64,000 nt of DNA from Mobula hypostoma (lineage: Eukaryota): NCBI RefSeq assembly GCF_963921235.1, contig NC_086097.1, positions 91,204,001 through 91,268,000 of the forward strand, read 5' to 3'. Positions 1 to 12,318 of this stretch are shown piece by piece. The notes beneath the pieces are model-generated. The model did no database searches. It worked only from the letters and a program-made list of their open reading frames with translations, and was not told the DNA's origin. Numbering within the stretch: the first letter of the stretch is position 1; every line of letters begins with the position of its first letter. The position numbers and the translations under genes were made by a program.

Positions 1-156
1 GGCTGGAACAACGTCCTCCAGGCCTCAGCTCACTTGAAGAGCTTAAGGCAGAGCATAATTCACTATAGATGATGTTCAAAGATGTCCCTCTAGCCAGTGT
101 ACTTTCTTATTTATTGAAATATTCCCCAGCTCATCTATCTCACAAGCTATTGTCAT

Positions 157-1231
157 CATAGAAACATAGAAACATAGAAACATAGAAAATAGGTGCAGGA
201 GTAGGCCATTCGGCCCTTCGAGCCTGCACCGCCATTTATTATGATCATGGCTGATCATCCAACTCAGAACCCAGCCTTCCCTCCATACCCCCTGACCCCT
301 GTAGCCACAAGGGCCATATCTAACTTCCTTTTAAACATAGCTAATGAATTGGCCTCAACAGTTTGCTGTGGCAGAGAATTCCACAGATTCACCACTCTCT
401 GTGTGAAGAAGTTTTTCCTAACCTCGGTCCTAAAAGGCTTCCCCTCTATCCTCAAACTGTGACCCCTCGTTCTAGACCTCCCCAACATCGGGAACAATCT
501 TCCCGCATCTAGCCTGTCCAATCCCTTTAGGATCTTATACGTTTCAATCAGATCCCCCCTCAATCTTCTAAATTCCAACGAGTACAAGCCCAGTTCATCC
601 AGTCTTTCTTCATATGAAAGACCTGCCATCCCAGGAATCAATCTGGTGAACCTGCTTTGTACTCCCTCTATGGCAAGGATGTCTTTCCTCAGATTAGGGG
701 ACCAAAACTGCACACAATACTCCAGGTGTGGTCTCACCAAGGCCTTGTACAACTGCAGTAGTACCTCCCTGCTCCTGTACTCGAATCCTCTCGCTATAAA
801 TGCCAGCATACCATTCGCCTTTTTCACCGCCTGCTGTACCTGCATGCCCACTTTCAATGACTGGTGTATAGTGACACCCAGGTCTCGTTGCACCTCCCCT
901 TTTCCTAATCGGCCACCATTCAGATAATAATCTGTTTTCCTATTTTTGCCACCAAAGTGGATAACTTCACATTTATCCACATTAAATTGCATCTGCCATG
1001 AGTTTGCCCACTCACCCAACCTATCCAAGTCACCCTGCATCCTCTTAGCATCCTCCTCACTGCTAACACTGCCACCCAGCTTTGTGTCATCCGCAAACTT
1101 GGAGATGCTGCATTTAATTCCCTCATCCAAGTCATTAATATATATTGTAAACAACTGGGGTCCCAGCACTGAGCCTTGCGGTACCCCACTAGTCACTGCC
1201 TGCCATTCTGAAAAGGTCCCGTTTATTCCCA
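157..1231 (-). mobile_element. CR1 LINE, 5'-truncated young copy (RT C-terminal half plus 3' tail)
   Basis: ORF 264..1286(-) has GVPQGSVLGP, KFADDTK and LVRPHLEYCVQFWSP; (ATAGAAAC)n tail at 157-188; nearly identical to 33492-34563. Confidence 0.95.
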
Positions 1232-1419
1232 CATATATAAACATCATATATAAACATCCCAAATGTCCCCTTGTGTCCATAACCAATTTATATTAAATCT
1301 ATGCCAATTTGTAAAGTTGCAGTTGTCATCTTCAGTAATGAGTGAGGAGTACACAAGTGAGAATATTTCAAAGACTGGAGAACTAGTATGTGCAGGACAG
1401 GAGGCAGCTATTTAATCCA

Positions 1420-1517
1420 AGCAACATACATCAAAGTTGCTGGTGAACGCAGCAGGCCAAGCAGCATCTATAGGAAGAGGTGCAGTCGACGTTTCAGGCC
1501 GAGACCCTTCGTCAGGA
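1420..1517 (-). mobile_element. Short Penelope-like terminal-repeat insertion with TSD
   Basis: Matches the termini of the PLE copies at 21213-21427 and 30151-30290; CTATTTAATCCA at 1408-1419 and 1518-1529. Confidence 0.85.
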
Positions 1518-1519
1518 CT
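1484..1519 (-). ncRNA. Minimal type I hammerhead ribozyme motif, core intact
   Basis: Minus strand reads AGTC-CTGACGA-AGG gtctcgg CCT-GAAAC-GTC-GACT: helix I AGTC/GACT, CUGANGA core, helix II AGG/CCT, GAAA, palindromic ACGT helix III, GUC cleavage triplet. Confidence 0.85.
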
Positions 1520-1807
1520 ATTTAATCCATTCTCTTTGCGCTGGCTCTTTGAAAGTGCTGACCAATTAGTTCCACTTTTCTGCTTTTTCCTCACCGCTGC
1601 AATATATTGCTTTTCAAGTACATTTCAATTCATCTTTGACTGGTCTTGGTGATTTTGTTTCCGTCTGCCCTTTTATGATGTGCATTTTAAAACCCAGTCT
1701 GAAAATAAATCTTCAGATCTCTCTTTTGCTTCTTTTATTTGCTACTTATCAACCCTCCCAGCCAGTATTTCTTGCTAACTACTCCATCATAATGTTAAAC
1801 TTTTGGT

Positions 1808-2557
1808 AAGATGGCAGCGCGATCAGAAGCAGCGGTTTCTATGGGGCCAACTAAAGGTGTTACTGACATTTTTAAACACATTTTTTGTGATCACAAGACC
1901 CTGCTGGACGCTGAGAACTTAAAGTAGTGCAGGTCTATCCCATCAGTGAGTTGCTCGTTGGCAGAGAAGCTGAAGGAGCAGGACTTTGTGCAGATTAGGC
2001 TGCTCACTGCTTTAGAGAGGCATTGGAGAGGGAACACAAAGCAGGTCCAGTATGCAGTCTAAGAACAAGTGATCATCTTAGTTCTTCTCTTGTGACCCTA
2101 TTAGACATTCTTAATGTGGAGTCCTGGAGGTCCGATTCATTGATTTATTGGCGAACAGCAGGAGGCTGTGTGGCCTCAGTCGAGTGAGGACTAGGGCCCA
2201 AGCCGTGGCGTCACCTGCTTTCAACTGCCCAGGAGAGAGGCGTTGGAGTTAGTGTGCTCCACCAGAGTGCTGGAGGTGTGGCACAGCGTACATGCTGGAG
2301 TTGGTGCTGCCCTCTAGTGTTTGCTCAGTCAAAAACGTTTGACGCCAGACTGTTGCAGCATTCATGGACTCAGGAACTTGGACTTTTTTTTAAGCTGACT
2401 ATACTTTACTGCTGTCTTATACGTGCTATATGCTGTGTGTGATTGATGGTACTGTGTTTTGCCCCTTGGCCCCAGAGCAATGCTGTTTTGTTTGGTTGTA
2501 TTCATAGGTATTCATGTATGGTGGTATGACAATTAAATTCAAACTTGAACTTGAACT
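1808..2557 (+). mobile_element. Non-coding SINE-like retroposon with AAGATGGC start and (AACTTG)n tail
   Basis: Similar to 56549-57289; shared 3' end GTATTCATGTATGGT..ATGACAATTAAA..AACTTGAACTTGAA; no credible ORF. Confidence 0.65.
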
Positions 2558-4817
2558 TCCCCTCTTCTCCCTTTCCTGAAGGAAAAACTCCAGCTTCTCC
2601 TGTCTTACTATCTATGCAGTTGTATTTTCTTGCACAAATCTGATGAAGTAGCAACATTTTATAACCTTTCGAACCATTCCAGAATGGAAATTGCTTTGCC
2701 TTTTTAGCTGTGGCTCCTGTCACCAGCAATCTATCAGAAGGGCAGCCTCAAAGGAACTGAATGGTATTGATTAGATGTTTAAAACATTTCCCATTAAATA
2801 GGGAGGTTATTTTTTCTGATAAAAACCGTATTTGGACTACTTTCTTGAAGACAAACCTATCCAAGTTCATCTGTAACGTGGTTCTTATAATGCTAGTTTT
2901 ACGTGAAAGAGCATTAGAAATTAGGGGATTGCGTCAGAGAAGCAGAATGGCTAATTCAAAACTGAACAATTGCAGCCCCTTCCTGAAGCTCCTTCTCCAC
3001 CCAGTGGGCGGCCTGGTTTGTAGTGGAGAGAGGAGGATTCATGAGGAGCTGGGGATGAAAGTTCCTGCTGCATCAGTTCCACAAACTGTGTTGAAACAGC
3101 CATCGCTTTTGAATTGTACAGTCCTAGACTCACACAGCATGGAAAGAGGACATTAAGCCCATCAAACCCATATTGACCATCGAGCAATCATTTCCACAAA
3201 CTTCATTTTATCCTCCCCACCTCCACATCAATTCCAGATACACTCTCCATCAATACACTCCCCATCATTACACGAGGGAGATTTTTTATTGTCTTGGCAA
3301 CAATTTGGGAAATGTTTCATTTCCTGCTCCAGATAGTTTTCTTTGTATAGCATCATTGGAAAATGGAATTTTTAGCTTTTGGCTGTAGGCATTTAGGGAC
3401 ATTCCATGGTTATGAAAGACAAATACACTTGCGAGTTCTGCCTTCATGTACCTTAGCCTAGCACTGTCAAGTCAAGTGATTCCACCCAACAATTGAGCAA
3501 TGGAGCTCCCATTCTGTTGCCTTCATCTATATGGAGTTTGTTTATTGCATGAACAGTTGAGAGCACAGCGACACAATGTGTGCCTTCATTCAGGTGCTTT
3601 TCAAAATGCCAATTTCATTACCAATCATATAAATCTGATATTGAGTTACTTGAAATGCAGATTCATCGAGGCAATTAATTGCACACTGCCTCATTTTACA
3701 GTGGTCAAACCAAACTGTCAAATATCTTTTGTAGCCTGGAGAAAAGTACACATTCAGGACAACAAATACCTTTTTGGGTTTTAATTCCTTTATCTGTTTT
3801 AGACGTTTTATTGCTGGAAGAGGTTCTCAAAACAAAATAAACGAATTTACAACCAGTTCCTGGCATTACAATCTCAGTTTAACTTTCAATCCACACCCTT
3901 GTGTATCGAGGAATTGCATATGCAGTATAAAGATACTTAAAGCAAACCACACAAAACTAATACAGAACTAATACGGTAATGGCAATTCTGCAGGAACACA
4001 ATACAGACAACATTAGAATCCCACCAATCCCATATCTTATACATAGCAGCGAAAAATGTAAGCGAATACATCTCATCTAAGACATCTACTATTTTTTAGT
4101 ACACACGTGCTGAACTTCCGAACAGAGACTAAACATTCACGTTATGCTGTTACATTCACAATCAGTCATGATACAATGAAGTTAGACAAAAGGTACACTT
4201 TTGCACAACTTTTACAAGATATTGCCTGGTAGTTAAATTACAGGAAGACTTTGCCAGTAAAGAACTTTGCACAAGCCATGCTGTTCAGCGCCAATGCCTT
4301 CACTCGTGAAAATCTAAAGTATCCACATGTAAAACATGTCAAATTACCAATATTCTCAATTCACCAACAAGCATAAACAAATTCACATGGATATCCTCAA
4401 TTAACACTCACCGTTCCTCACCATGCCCAGTATCTCTGGGAGGAACTTAATCTCAAAGCCCAACCAGTTTCATCTACCGAAAACAAAAATGGTCTCCCCA
4501 CTATCCCGTGCGTGTGTAATGACATCACTGTCTCCACTTAAAGGCACAGACAACTATTCTAGCATTACCCAGATGGATGCCTACGTACACTTTTAACGAT
4601 AATGAATAAGATTCGACAGTCACCTGGTTACCTATCACTTTCTGGTGAGGAAGAAAATGCAAAGGAAATTTACAAGGCAAGTTTTTGTTGACAGGAAGAA
4701 TGGTAGGTGTTTGGAAAGTGTTGCCAGGGAAAGCAGTGGAAGCAAATAACTGTAGCAACATTTAAGAGTAATTTTGGCATCATATGATGGCAGGGAATGG
4801 AGGAATATAGGCCATGT

Positions 4818-6218
4818 ATAGAACATAGAACATAGAAGAGTACAGGAATAGGCCATTTGATCCACAATGTTGTGCCTAACCATCTAATAAGCAAATCAAA
4901 AACATCCAAAAGGTAATCTTTCCAGTCTAGACCATGTCCATATCCCTCCATCATCCTTACATCCATGTGTCTATCCAAACATCTCTTAAAAGCCTCTAAT
5001 GTGTTTGCTCTGCCACCATACCAGGCAATGCAGTCCAGGCATCAACAACTCTGAGTAAAAAAATTAGCCCTCATATCCCCTTTGAACCTAACCCCTCTCA
5101 GCTTCGAAACATGCCCTCTGATATTTGACATTTCAACCCTGGGAAACAAGATATTCTCTGTCCACTCTGCCTATGCCTCTCATAATCTTGTAAACCTCTA
5201 TCAGATCTCCCCTCAGTGTCCGGTGCTCTAGAGAAAACAGCCCAAGTATATCTAGCCTCTCGTGATATCACATGCCCTCTAAACCAGGAAACATCCTGGT
5301 AAACCTCTTCTGCACCCTCTCTGCAAAGTCTCAACATCCTTTCTATGGGAGGGTGGTGCCACCAGAACTGTATGTGGCCTAACCAGAGTGTTATAAAGTT
5401 GCAACATAACCTCTTGACTTTTGAACTCATTCCTCAACTTCCAAAAGCAAGCATTCCATAAGCCTTCTTAACCACCTTATTGACCTGTGTAGCCACTTTC
5501 ATGAATTTGGATCCCAAGATCTCTCTGCTCAGCAACACCGTTAAGAATCTTGCTCTCAAGAGTATACAGTCTCTTTGCACTTGCCCGACTAAGGTAGAAC
5601 ACCTCACATTTATCTGGGTTAAACTCCATTTGTCATTTCTCTGCCCATATCTGCAACTGATCTATATTGTATTTTTTGCCATTCTTCTACACTATCCACA
5701 ACTCCATCAATCTTGGTATCATCTGCAAATTTACTAACCCACCCATGTACATTTTCATCCAGGTCATTTATATACATTACAAACAGCACAGGTCGCAGCA
5801 CAGATCCCTGTGGTACTCTACTAATTACAGACCACTAGCTTGAATAAGTCCCTTCAACCACTACCCTCTGTCTTCTATGCGCAAGCCAGTTCTGTATCCA
5901 AACAGCCAATTCACCACAGACCCTATACATCTTAATCTTCTGGATTAGCTTCCCATGAGGGACTTTGTCAAAAGCCTTACTTAAACCCATGTAGACAACA
6001 TCCACTGCCTATCTTCATCAATCGCTCTCATTGCGTTGTCAAAGAACTCAATCAACTTGGTAAGGTACAACCTGTCCCACATAAAGCCATGCTGGGTCTC
6101 CCTAATTAAGCCATGGATTTCCAAATATATCCTGTATCTTATCTTATCATATATCCTATCCCTAAGAAACTTCTCCTGCAATTTCCCCACAACTGATGTG
6201 AGACTCACACATGTATAG
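4818..6218 (-). mobile_element. Degenerate CR1 LINE (RT region plus 3' tail)
   Basis: (ATAGAAC)n tail at 4818-4837; fragments [10 protein letters not shown] (5619..5801) and SLTSVVGKL..QHGF (5981..6208); frameshifted. Confidence 0.9.
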
Positions 6219-6539
6219 GTAATTGGAATTAGTTTAGATATTAGTCAGTTCCTGTGATGGTGGCACTCAAACATGGCTGGCAATGAAACAGTTGGAATTT
6301 TTGTCCACTCCAGGTTAACCAAGAAGTGGAGGGAGTCCATGGTAACTATAGTATGCAATGACATTAAGCGACTTTCGCTGGGAAGTTCCAGAATTCTCAC
6401 TTCTGGTAAGACAACATGTAATTTGGAAGTAAATTGGAGATGATGGTATTTCTGTAATATAGCTGTTGTCCTGTCCCTGTGGCAAAAAAAAAAACTTGTA
6501 TGTGACATTAGAGTTTCTGCAAATGCTTCAGATGATCTT

Positions 6540-6645
6540 GAGCAACATACATAAAATGCTGGAGTAACTCAACAGGTCAGGCAGCATCTATGGAGAGAAA
6601 TAAATGAGTTCCAATGAAGGGTCTTGACACGAACGTTGACTGTTT
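6540..6645. mobile_element. Degenerate Penelope-like terminal-repeat remnant with inverted halves
   Basis: GCAACATACATAAAATGCTGGAG..GGCAGCATCTATGG is followed by a decayed plus-strand hammerhead-like CCAATGAAGGGTCTTGACACGAACGTTGACTG. Confidence 0.55.
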
Positions 6646-7079
6646 TATTTCATATGTGACATGCACTTCCAAATGAAAAGGTTAATCAGACTGTACCGAA
6701 ATAAATTCCTATTATACCATAAAAATAAAAGAAAATGGCAAATCCTGAAAATAAGAAATAAAAACACTTTATACCGGAGAAGCTAGGTATGTCAGGACAA
6801 AGGGTCTTCAACCAGAACTGCTGAGTATTTGCACCATTCTCTGGTTCATTTAATTTCAGACAGTATCTTCATAAGTGTGTTTTATATTATAATCAGTATA
6901 ACCTTTAGCCTTTGTTAATTAAACAGAGGATACATCAACAAAGTAGTACCAGGCTATAGGGCAAGGCCCAATCCAGCAACAATGGGCAATTAAATACATA
7001 ATAAGGTTTAGTTAAAGACATGAATACGTATTTAATCTTTTGATAAAGCCATGGAAAGATAGTTCTGCACAGTTAAATA

Positions 7080-7144
7080 CAGTACTGTGCAAAGGTCTTC
7101 GGCACATTTATAGCTAGGGTGACTAAGACTTTTGCACAGTACTG
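7080..7144. mobile_element. 65-bp Tc1/mariner-like MITE hairpin
   Basis: CAGTACTGTGCAAA...TTTGCACAGTACTG inverted termini, flanked by TA on both sides. Confidence 0.7.
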
Positions 7145-7245
7145 TATTTGTCAATGTGGAACAGAGAGCAAGTTTGTAAATCTGGGAGGAGCAAAGGATG
7201 TTGGGAATGACTGAAGTGCTGCGGGAGGGTTGTGGGATGGGTGAC

Positions 7246-10200
7246 ACTTCCCAGCTCTTTACTTCACCCTTCCCCCTCCCAGTTTCACCTATCACCTTGT
7301 GTTTCCCCTCTCCCTCCCCTCCCACCTTTTAAATCTATTCCTCATCTTTTTTTCTCCAATCCTGCTGAAGAGTCTAGGCCTGAAACATTGACTGTACTCC
7401 TTTCCATAGATGCTGCCTGGCCTGCTGAGTTCCTCCAACATTTTGTGTGTGTTGCTTCGATTTCCAGTTTCTGCAGATTTTCTCTTGTTTGTGATTGCAT
7501 TACTACACTGCGAAGCCTTTTCCAGGGATGCCTACCCTGAAGAAGTTTAGATCTTCCTTTCTAGAGGAGTTCAGTGAGGCCTTCTCTCACTGCTCCCCCA
7601 CTGTGATTTCTGCAGCCCTCTGATCTTCTGCCATGTGCTTACCCAGCCCCGCACCACAGCCATGTATCCTCTCTGGGAACGCTTTTTCACTGACAGCTTG
7701 CACCAGACGGTTTCCAGATCAGTTTTCAAGCTTCCCGATTCAGACCCTCTGAGGACCCCAAGTCCTCATATTCAATCGACTGCTTCTCCCACCACATTCG
7801 ACGCTCCACACTTTCTGCCATGAGGAGGTACATGGTGTCCGTATGGCAGTTACTTCCACAGCTCTGGTATTCCCTCTCGGCCGCCTGTAACGGACCTGTA
7901 CGCTTCTTCATCCTCTGCCGGATCCACGCTTTCGATTGCCAGTTCTTTGACTTTCTCATGCCCTGCAAGGATCGGAAGATCGCCCGTCTACAGGCCACCG
8001 AACCTGATGCCGACCTCATCGGCTCTAACAATCCAGAGCAGATTCATAACCTGGACTCTACCGCCATCAATGCGGGTTCCAGCGACCTCGGACAATTCCA
8101 AAGTGCCGATTGCAGAACCTCCAACTCCGACTCTGGCCTTGATCACCAAGCCGGGTCTTCATGCGCTGATGCTGGAACCCCCGTCTCCACTTCCCCCACC
8201 ACCACTCCACAATCCCGCCTCTCTCACGTCCCACCGACAGCCCTCGGGTCCTCAGAAACTCCATCTTTCTCTCACCCCACCATCCCTGAGCACTCCAAAC
8301 CTCCCTTCCCTCAGTCACTGCCAACTCACATCCCCCCTCCGATCCCAGATCTCATCCATGCTGGGTTTTCAGCATCCCCTCCGATCTTCCCCTCTCTGAG
8401 GCAGGACATTCTGTCCTCAGTAAGGCCCTCACCTTTGTGAACCATCCCTTCCAATCTTCCCCTCTCTGAGGCAGGACATTCTGTCCTCAGTAAGCCCCTC
8501 ACCTTTGTCAAACATCCCCTCCGAACTTCCCCTCTCTGAGGCAGAACGTTCTGCCCTCAGTAAGCCCCTCACCTTTGTCAAACATCCTCTCCGAACTTCC
8601 CCTCTCTGAGGCAGAACGTTCTGCCCTCAGTAAGCCCCTCACCTTTGTCAAACATCCCCTCCGTACTTCCCCTCTCTGAGGCAGAACGTTCTGCCCTCAG
8701 TAAGCCCCTCACCTTTGTCAAACATCCTCTCCGACCTTCCCCTCTCTGAGGCAGAACGTTCTGCCCTCAGTAAGCCCCTCACCTTTGTCAAACATCCTCT
8801 CCGACCTTCCCCTCTCTGAGGCAGAACGTTCTGCCCTCAGTAAGGCCCTCACCTTTGTCAACCTTCCCCTCTCTGTGGCAGAATGTTCTGTCCTCAGTAA
8901 AGGCCTCACCTTTGTCAAACATCCTCTTCGACCTTCCCCTCTCTGTGGCAGAACGTTCTGCCCTCAGTAAGGCCCTCACCTTTGTCAACCTTCCCCTCTC
9001 TGTGACAGAATGTTCTGTCCTCAGTAAAGGCCTCACCTTTGTCAAACATCCTCTTTGACCTTCCCCTCTCTGTGGCAGAACATTCTGCCCTCAGTAAGGC
9101 CCTCACCTTTGTCAACCTTCCCCTCTCTGTGACAGAATGTTCTGTCCTCAGTAAAGGCCTCACCTTTGTCCCCCTGAACCCACGTCTCAGTGAATTCCGC
9201 GCCCGCCATGACGCTGAACTTTTCTTCCGCGGCCTCCGTCCCCGAACCTACTTCTTTGGCAAGGACTCCCCACCTCACACCAATGACCCCTTCTCCCATC
9301 TCCAACCCTCCCTCTCTTCCTGGACACCCCACCCTGGTCTTCTGCCTGCTCTGGATCCTTTTATTGGCAACTGCCGAATGGACATTAACCGTCTAGACTT
9401 TAATACTCTTCTCTCCTATTCTAATCTCACTCTTTCTGAACGCACTGCTCTTCACCCTCTCCGCACTAATCCTAACCTCACCATCAAACACACGGATAAG
9501 GTGGGGTGCTGTAGTATTCGGATGTACTGACCTTTACCTTGCCGAGGCCCAGCGACAATTCTCAGACACCTCCTCTTACTTACCCCGCGAACAGGATCCC
9601 ACTAAGGAACACTAGGCCATCATCTCCCACACCATCACCAAACTTACTGATTCTGGGGATCTCCCATCCACTACCATCAACCTCATAGTTCCCGTACCTC
9701 CCATTTCTTATCTCCTACCTGAGACACACAAACCTGCTTGTCCAGGTAGACTCATCCGCAACATTTCACACACTCTGGATCTTTTCAATGATTTCAAGTT
9801 CTTTGGCCCCCATCATCTTATTTTCACTATGGATGTCCAGTCCCTTTACACCCATATCCTCCACCAGGAAGGCCTCAAAGCTCTCCATTTCTTTCTGGAC
9901 ACCAGAACCAACCAGCTCCCCTCCACCACCACTGTCCTCTCCCAGCAGAACTTGTCCTTACTCTTAGTTATTTCTCCTTTGGGTCCTCCCACTTCTTTCA
10001 AACAAAAAGGGTAGCCATGTGCACTTGCATGGGTCCCAGCTATGCCTGCCTGCTTGTCAGCTACATGGAACAGCCTGTGTTCCAACCCTGCACTGGTAAC
10101 CGTCCCGCACTTTTCCTACGCTACGTCAACGACTGCATTGGTGCTGCTTCCTACACCCAAGCTGAACTCGTCAACTTCATCCTCTTTGCCTCCAACTTCC

Positions 10201-11026
10201 ACCCTGCCCTCAAATTCACCTGATCCATTTCCGACACTTCCCTTCCCTTTCTCCATCTCACTGTCCTCTCTCTATTTCCAGAGACAGCTAAACACCGATG
10301 TCTATTATAAACCCACGGACTCTCACAGCTACCTGAACTATACCTCATCCCACCCTGCTACTTGTAGATATGCCACCCTCTTCTCTCAATTCTTCCGTCT
10401 CTGCTGCATCAGCTCTCAGGATCAGACTTTTCATTCTAGAATGAAGGAGATGTCCTCCTTTTTCAAAGAAAGGGGCTTCCCTTCCTCCACCATTAATGCT
10501 GCCCTCAACCGCATCTCTTCCATTTCACACACGTCTGCTCCTGCACTATCCTCCCGCCACACTATCAGGGATAGGGTTCCTCTTGTCCTCACCTACCACC
10601 ACACCAGCCTTCATGTTCAGCACATAATTCTCCGAAACTTTTGCCACCTCCAACTGGATCCCATCACCAAACACGTGTTTCCCTCATCCCACTTTCTGCT
10701 TTCCGTAGGGATCGCTTCCTACGTGACTCCCTTGTCCATTCATCCCTCCCCACTGATCTCCCTCCTGGCACTTATCCTTGCAAGTAGAACAAGTGCTACA
10801 CCTTCCCCTACACCTCCTCCCTCACTGCCATTCAGGGACCCAAACAGTCCTTCCAGGTGAGGTGGCTTCACCTGTGAGTCTGTGGGAGGGGTCATATACA
10901 GTGTTCGGTGCTCCTGGTGTGACCTCTTGTATATCGATGAGACCCAAAGTAGATTGGGAGACCGCTTCACTGAGCATTTGGGCTCTGTCCACCAGAACAA
11001 GCGGGATCTCCCGGTGGCCACCTACT
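7246..11026 (+). mobile_element. Penelope-like element (Neptune-type), near full length, inactivated
   Basis: 5' terminal repeat at about 7246-7495 with a decayed hammerhead (7358-7393). RT fragments MDVQSLYT.I, MGPSYACL, RYVNDCIG, DVYYKPTDSHSYL; Cys-rich linker near 10778; GIY-YIG-like GVIYSVRCSWCDLLYIDET..RLGDRFTEHL (10882-11020); many frameshifts. Confidence 0.92.
8372..9170 (+). repeat. Minisatellite of 12 units (70 and 57 bp) inside the PLE ORF
   Basis: CCTCTCTG starts at 8391, 8461, 8531, 8601, 8671, 8741, 8811, 8868, 8938, 8995, 9065 and 9122; the unit encodes DLPLSEAERSxLSKGLTFV. Confidence 0.95.
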
Positions 11027-12189
11027 CTTATTTGCTGTTGGAGATAAAATTCAAAAATCATTGGAGGGTAGTCTGTTTGAACCTGTGTTCGGTCACAGGC
11101 CAAAAGGACCTTCGACCCTGCTCAGAGAACTGTGGTCTAATGTGGAAATATGGGTCAATGTGCAGAAAAGATTTAATAAGGTTTGTGACCTTGCAAAGGA
11201 AAGTTTGCAGAATGTTCAAATTAAAATAAAACGTCTTGTTTGATAAGGTAGCACCTGTGGGTACTGTTATAAAAACAAATGGAGTCATGGAGACTGAAAA
11301 TGAGATGAAAAATCATTTTTACCCACTGAACCTGGTATCAACAAGATTTAAGAATTCCATTGTTTTGAAAAATATTACTGATAAGGTCCATCAGTTGGGA
11401 CCTACACCGCAAAAACAAGTGAAGGAATTAGATAGCAAGCATGAAGATTTATTCCCTGACATTCTAAGACGGTGTACAGCTGAAGGGCATGATGCCATTG
11501 TAAATTCAGCCCAGCTCATTAAACAGCATCCTTATGGAATGAACTTAGAGGAAAGTAAAATGGTTGAACAAGAAATTGGAAACAAGAAGGAATAAGGAAA
11601 GAGAGTGGATGACTGTATTGACAGAGTGGGGAGGGCTAAATACCTTATAAAGATTCACTTGTTAAAAGGATATTGGGGTGTTCCTTTTACAGAGAGGGCT
11701 GAAGAGATATCAGCATTTGTGACACCATCTGGACTGTATGAATATAATGTTTTACCCTTCGGGATGAAAAATGCTCCAGGGACATTTCAAAGAATGATCA
11801 ATTCTGTGATTAGAGGATTAGAAAACACAGAGGCTTATATTGATGATTTAGTGGTTTGGAATGACACGTGGGAAGAGCATATTGCAGTGGTACAAAAACT
11901 GTTTTACAGACTTTCCAAGGCCAATCTTACTGTGAACCTCACTAAGAGTGAGTTTGGCCATGCCACAGTTACATATCTGGGCTATGTAGTAGGCCAGGGC
12001 CAACTGGCTCCTGTACAGGCCAAGGTTGAAGCTATTGCTGAGGTTCCCGTTCTAACAGGCAAGAAAGCTTTAAGAAGATTTTTGGGAACACAAACAACAG
12101 GAATTCTGCAGATGCTGGAAATTCAAGCAACACACATCAATGTTGCTGATGAACACAGCAGGCCAGGCAGCATCTCTAGGAAGAGGTAC

Positions 12190-12225
12190 AGTCGACGTTT
12201 CAGGCCGAGACCCTTAGTCAGGACT
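12190..12225 (-). ncRNA. Hammerhead motif with core substitution (CUGACUA)
   Basis: Minus strand AGTC-CTGACTA-AGG..CCT-GAAAC-GTC-GACT; conserved G8 replaced. Confidence 0.65.
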
Positions 12226-12282
12226 AACTGAAGGAAGAGTTAGTAAGAGATTTGAAAGCTCTTACTAACTCTTCCTTCAGTT

Positions 12283-12318
12283 AGTCCTGACGAAGGGTTT
12301 CGGCCTGAAATGTTGACT
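12283..12318 (+). ncRNA. Hammerhead motif with intact core and altered helix III
   Basis: AGTC-CTGACGA-AGG gtttcgg CCT-GAAAT-GTT-GACT. Confidence 0.7.

Noticed and set aside
7820..8440. 206-aa ORF as a host gene
   Set aside because: Lies inside the Penelope-like element as part of its frameshifted N-terminal region
8372..9170. CRISPR-like regularly spaced repeats
   Set aside because: Head-to-tail units with no unique spacers, derived from PLE coding sequence; eukaryotic context and no cas genes
10219..10225. In-frame TGA in the PLE RT as possible selenocysteine
   Set aside because: The sister copy has TGG (FTWSIS in 30916..31854), so this is a simple Trp-to-stop mutation in a dead copy
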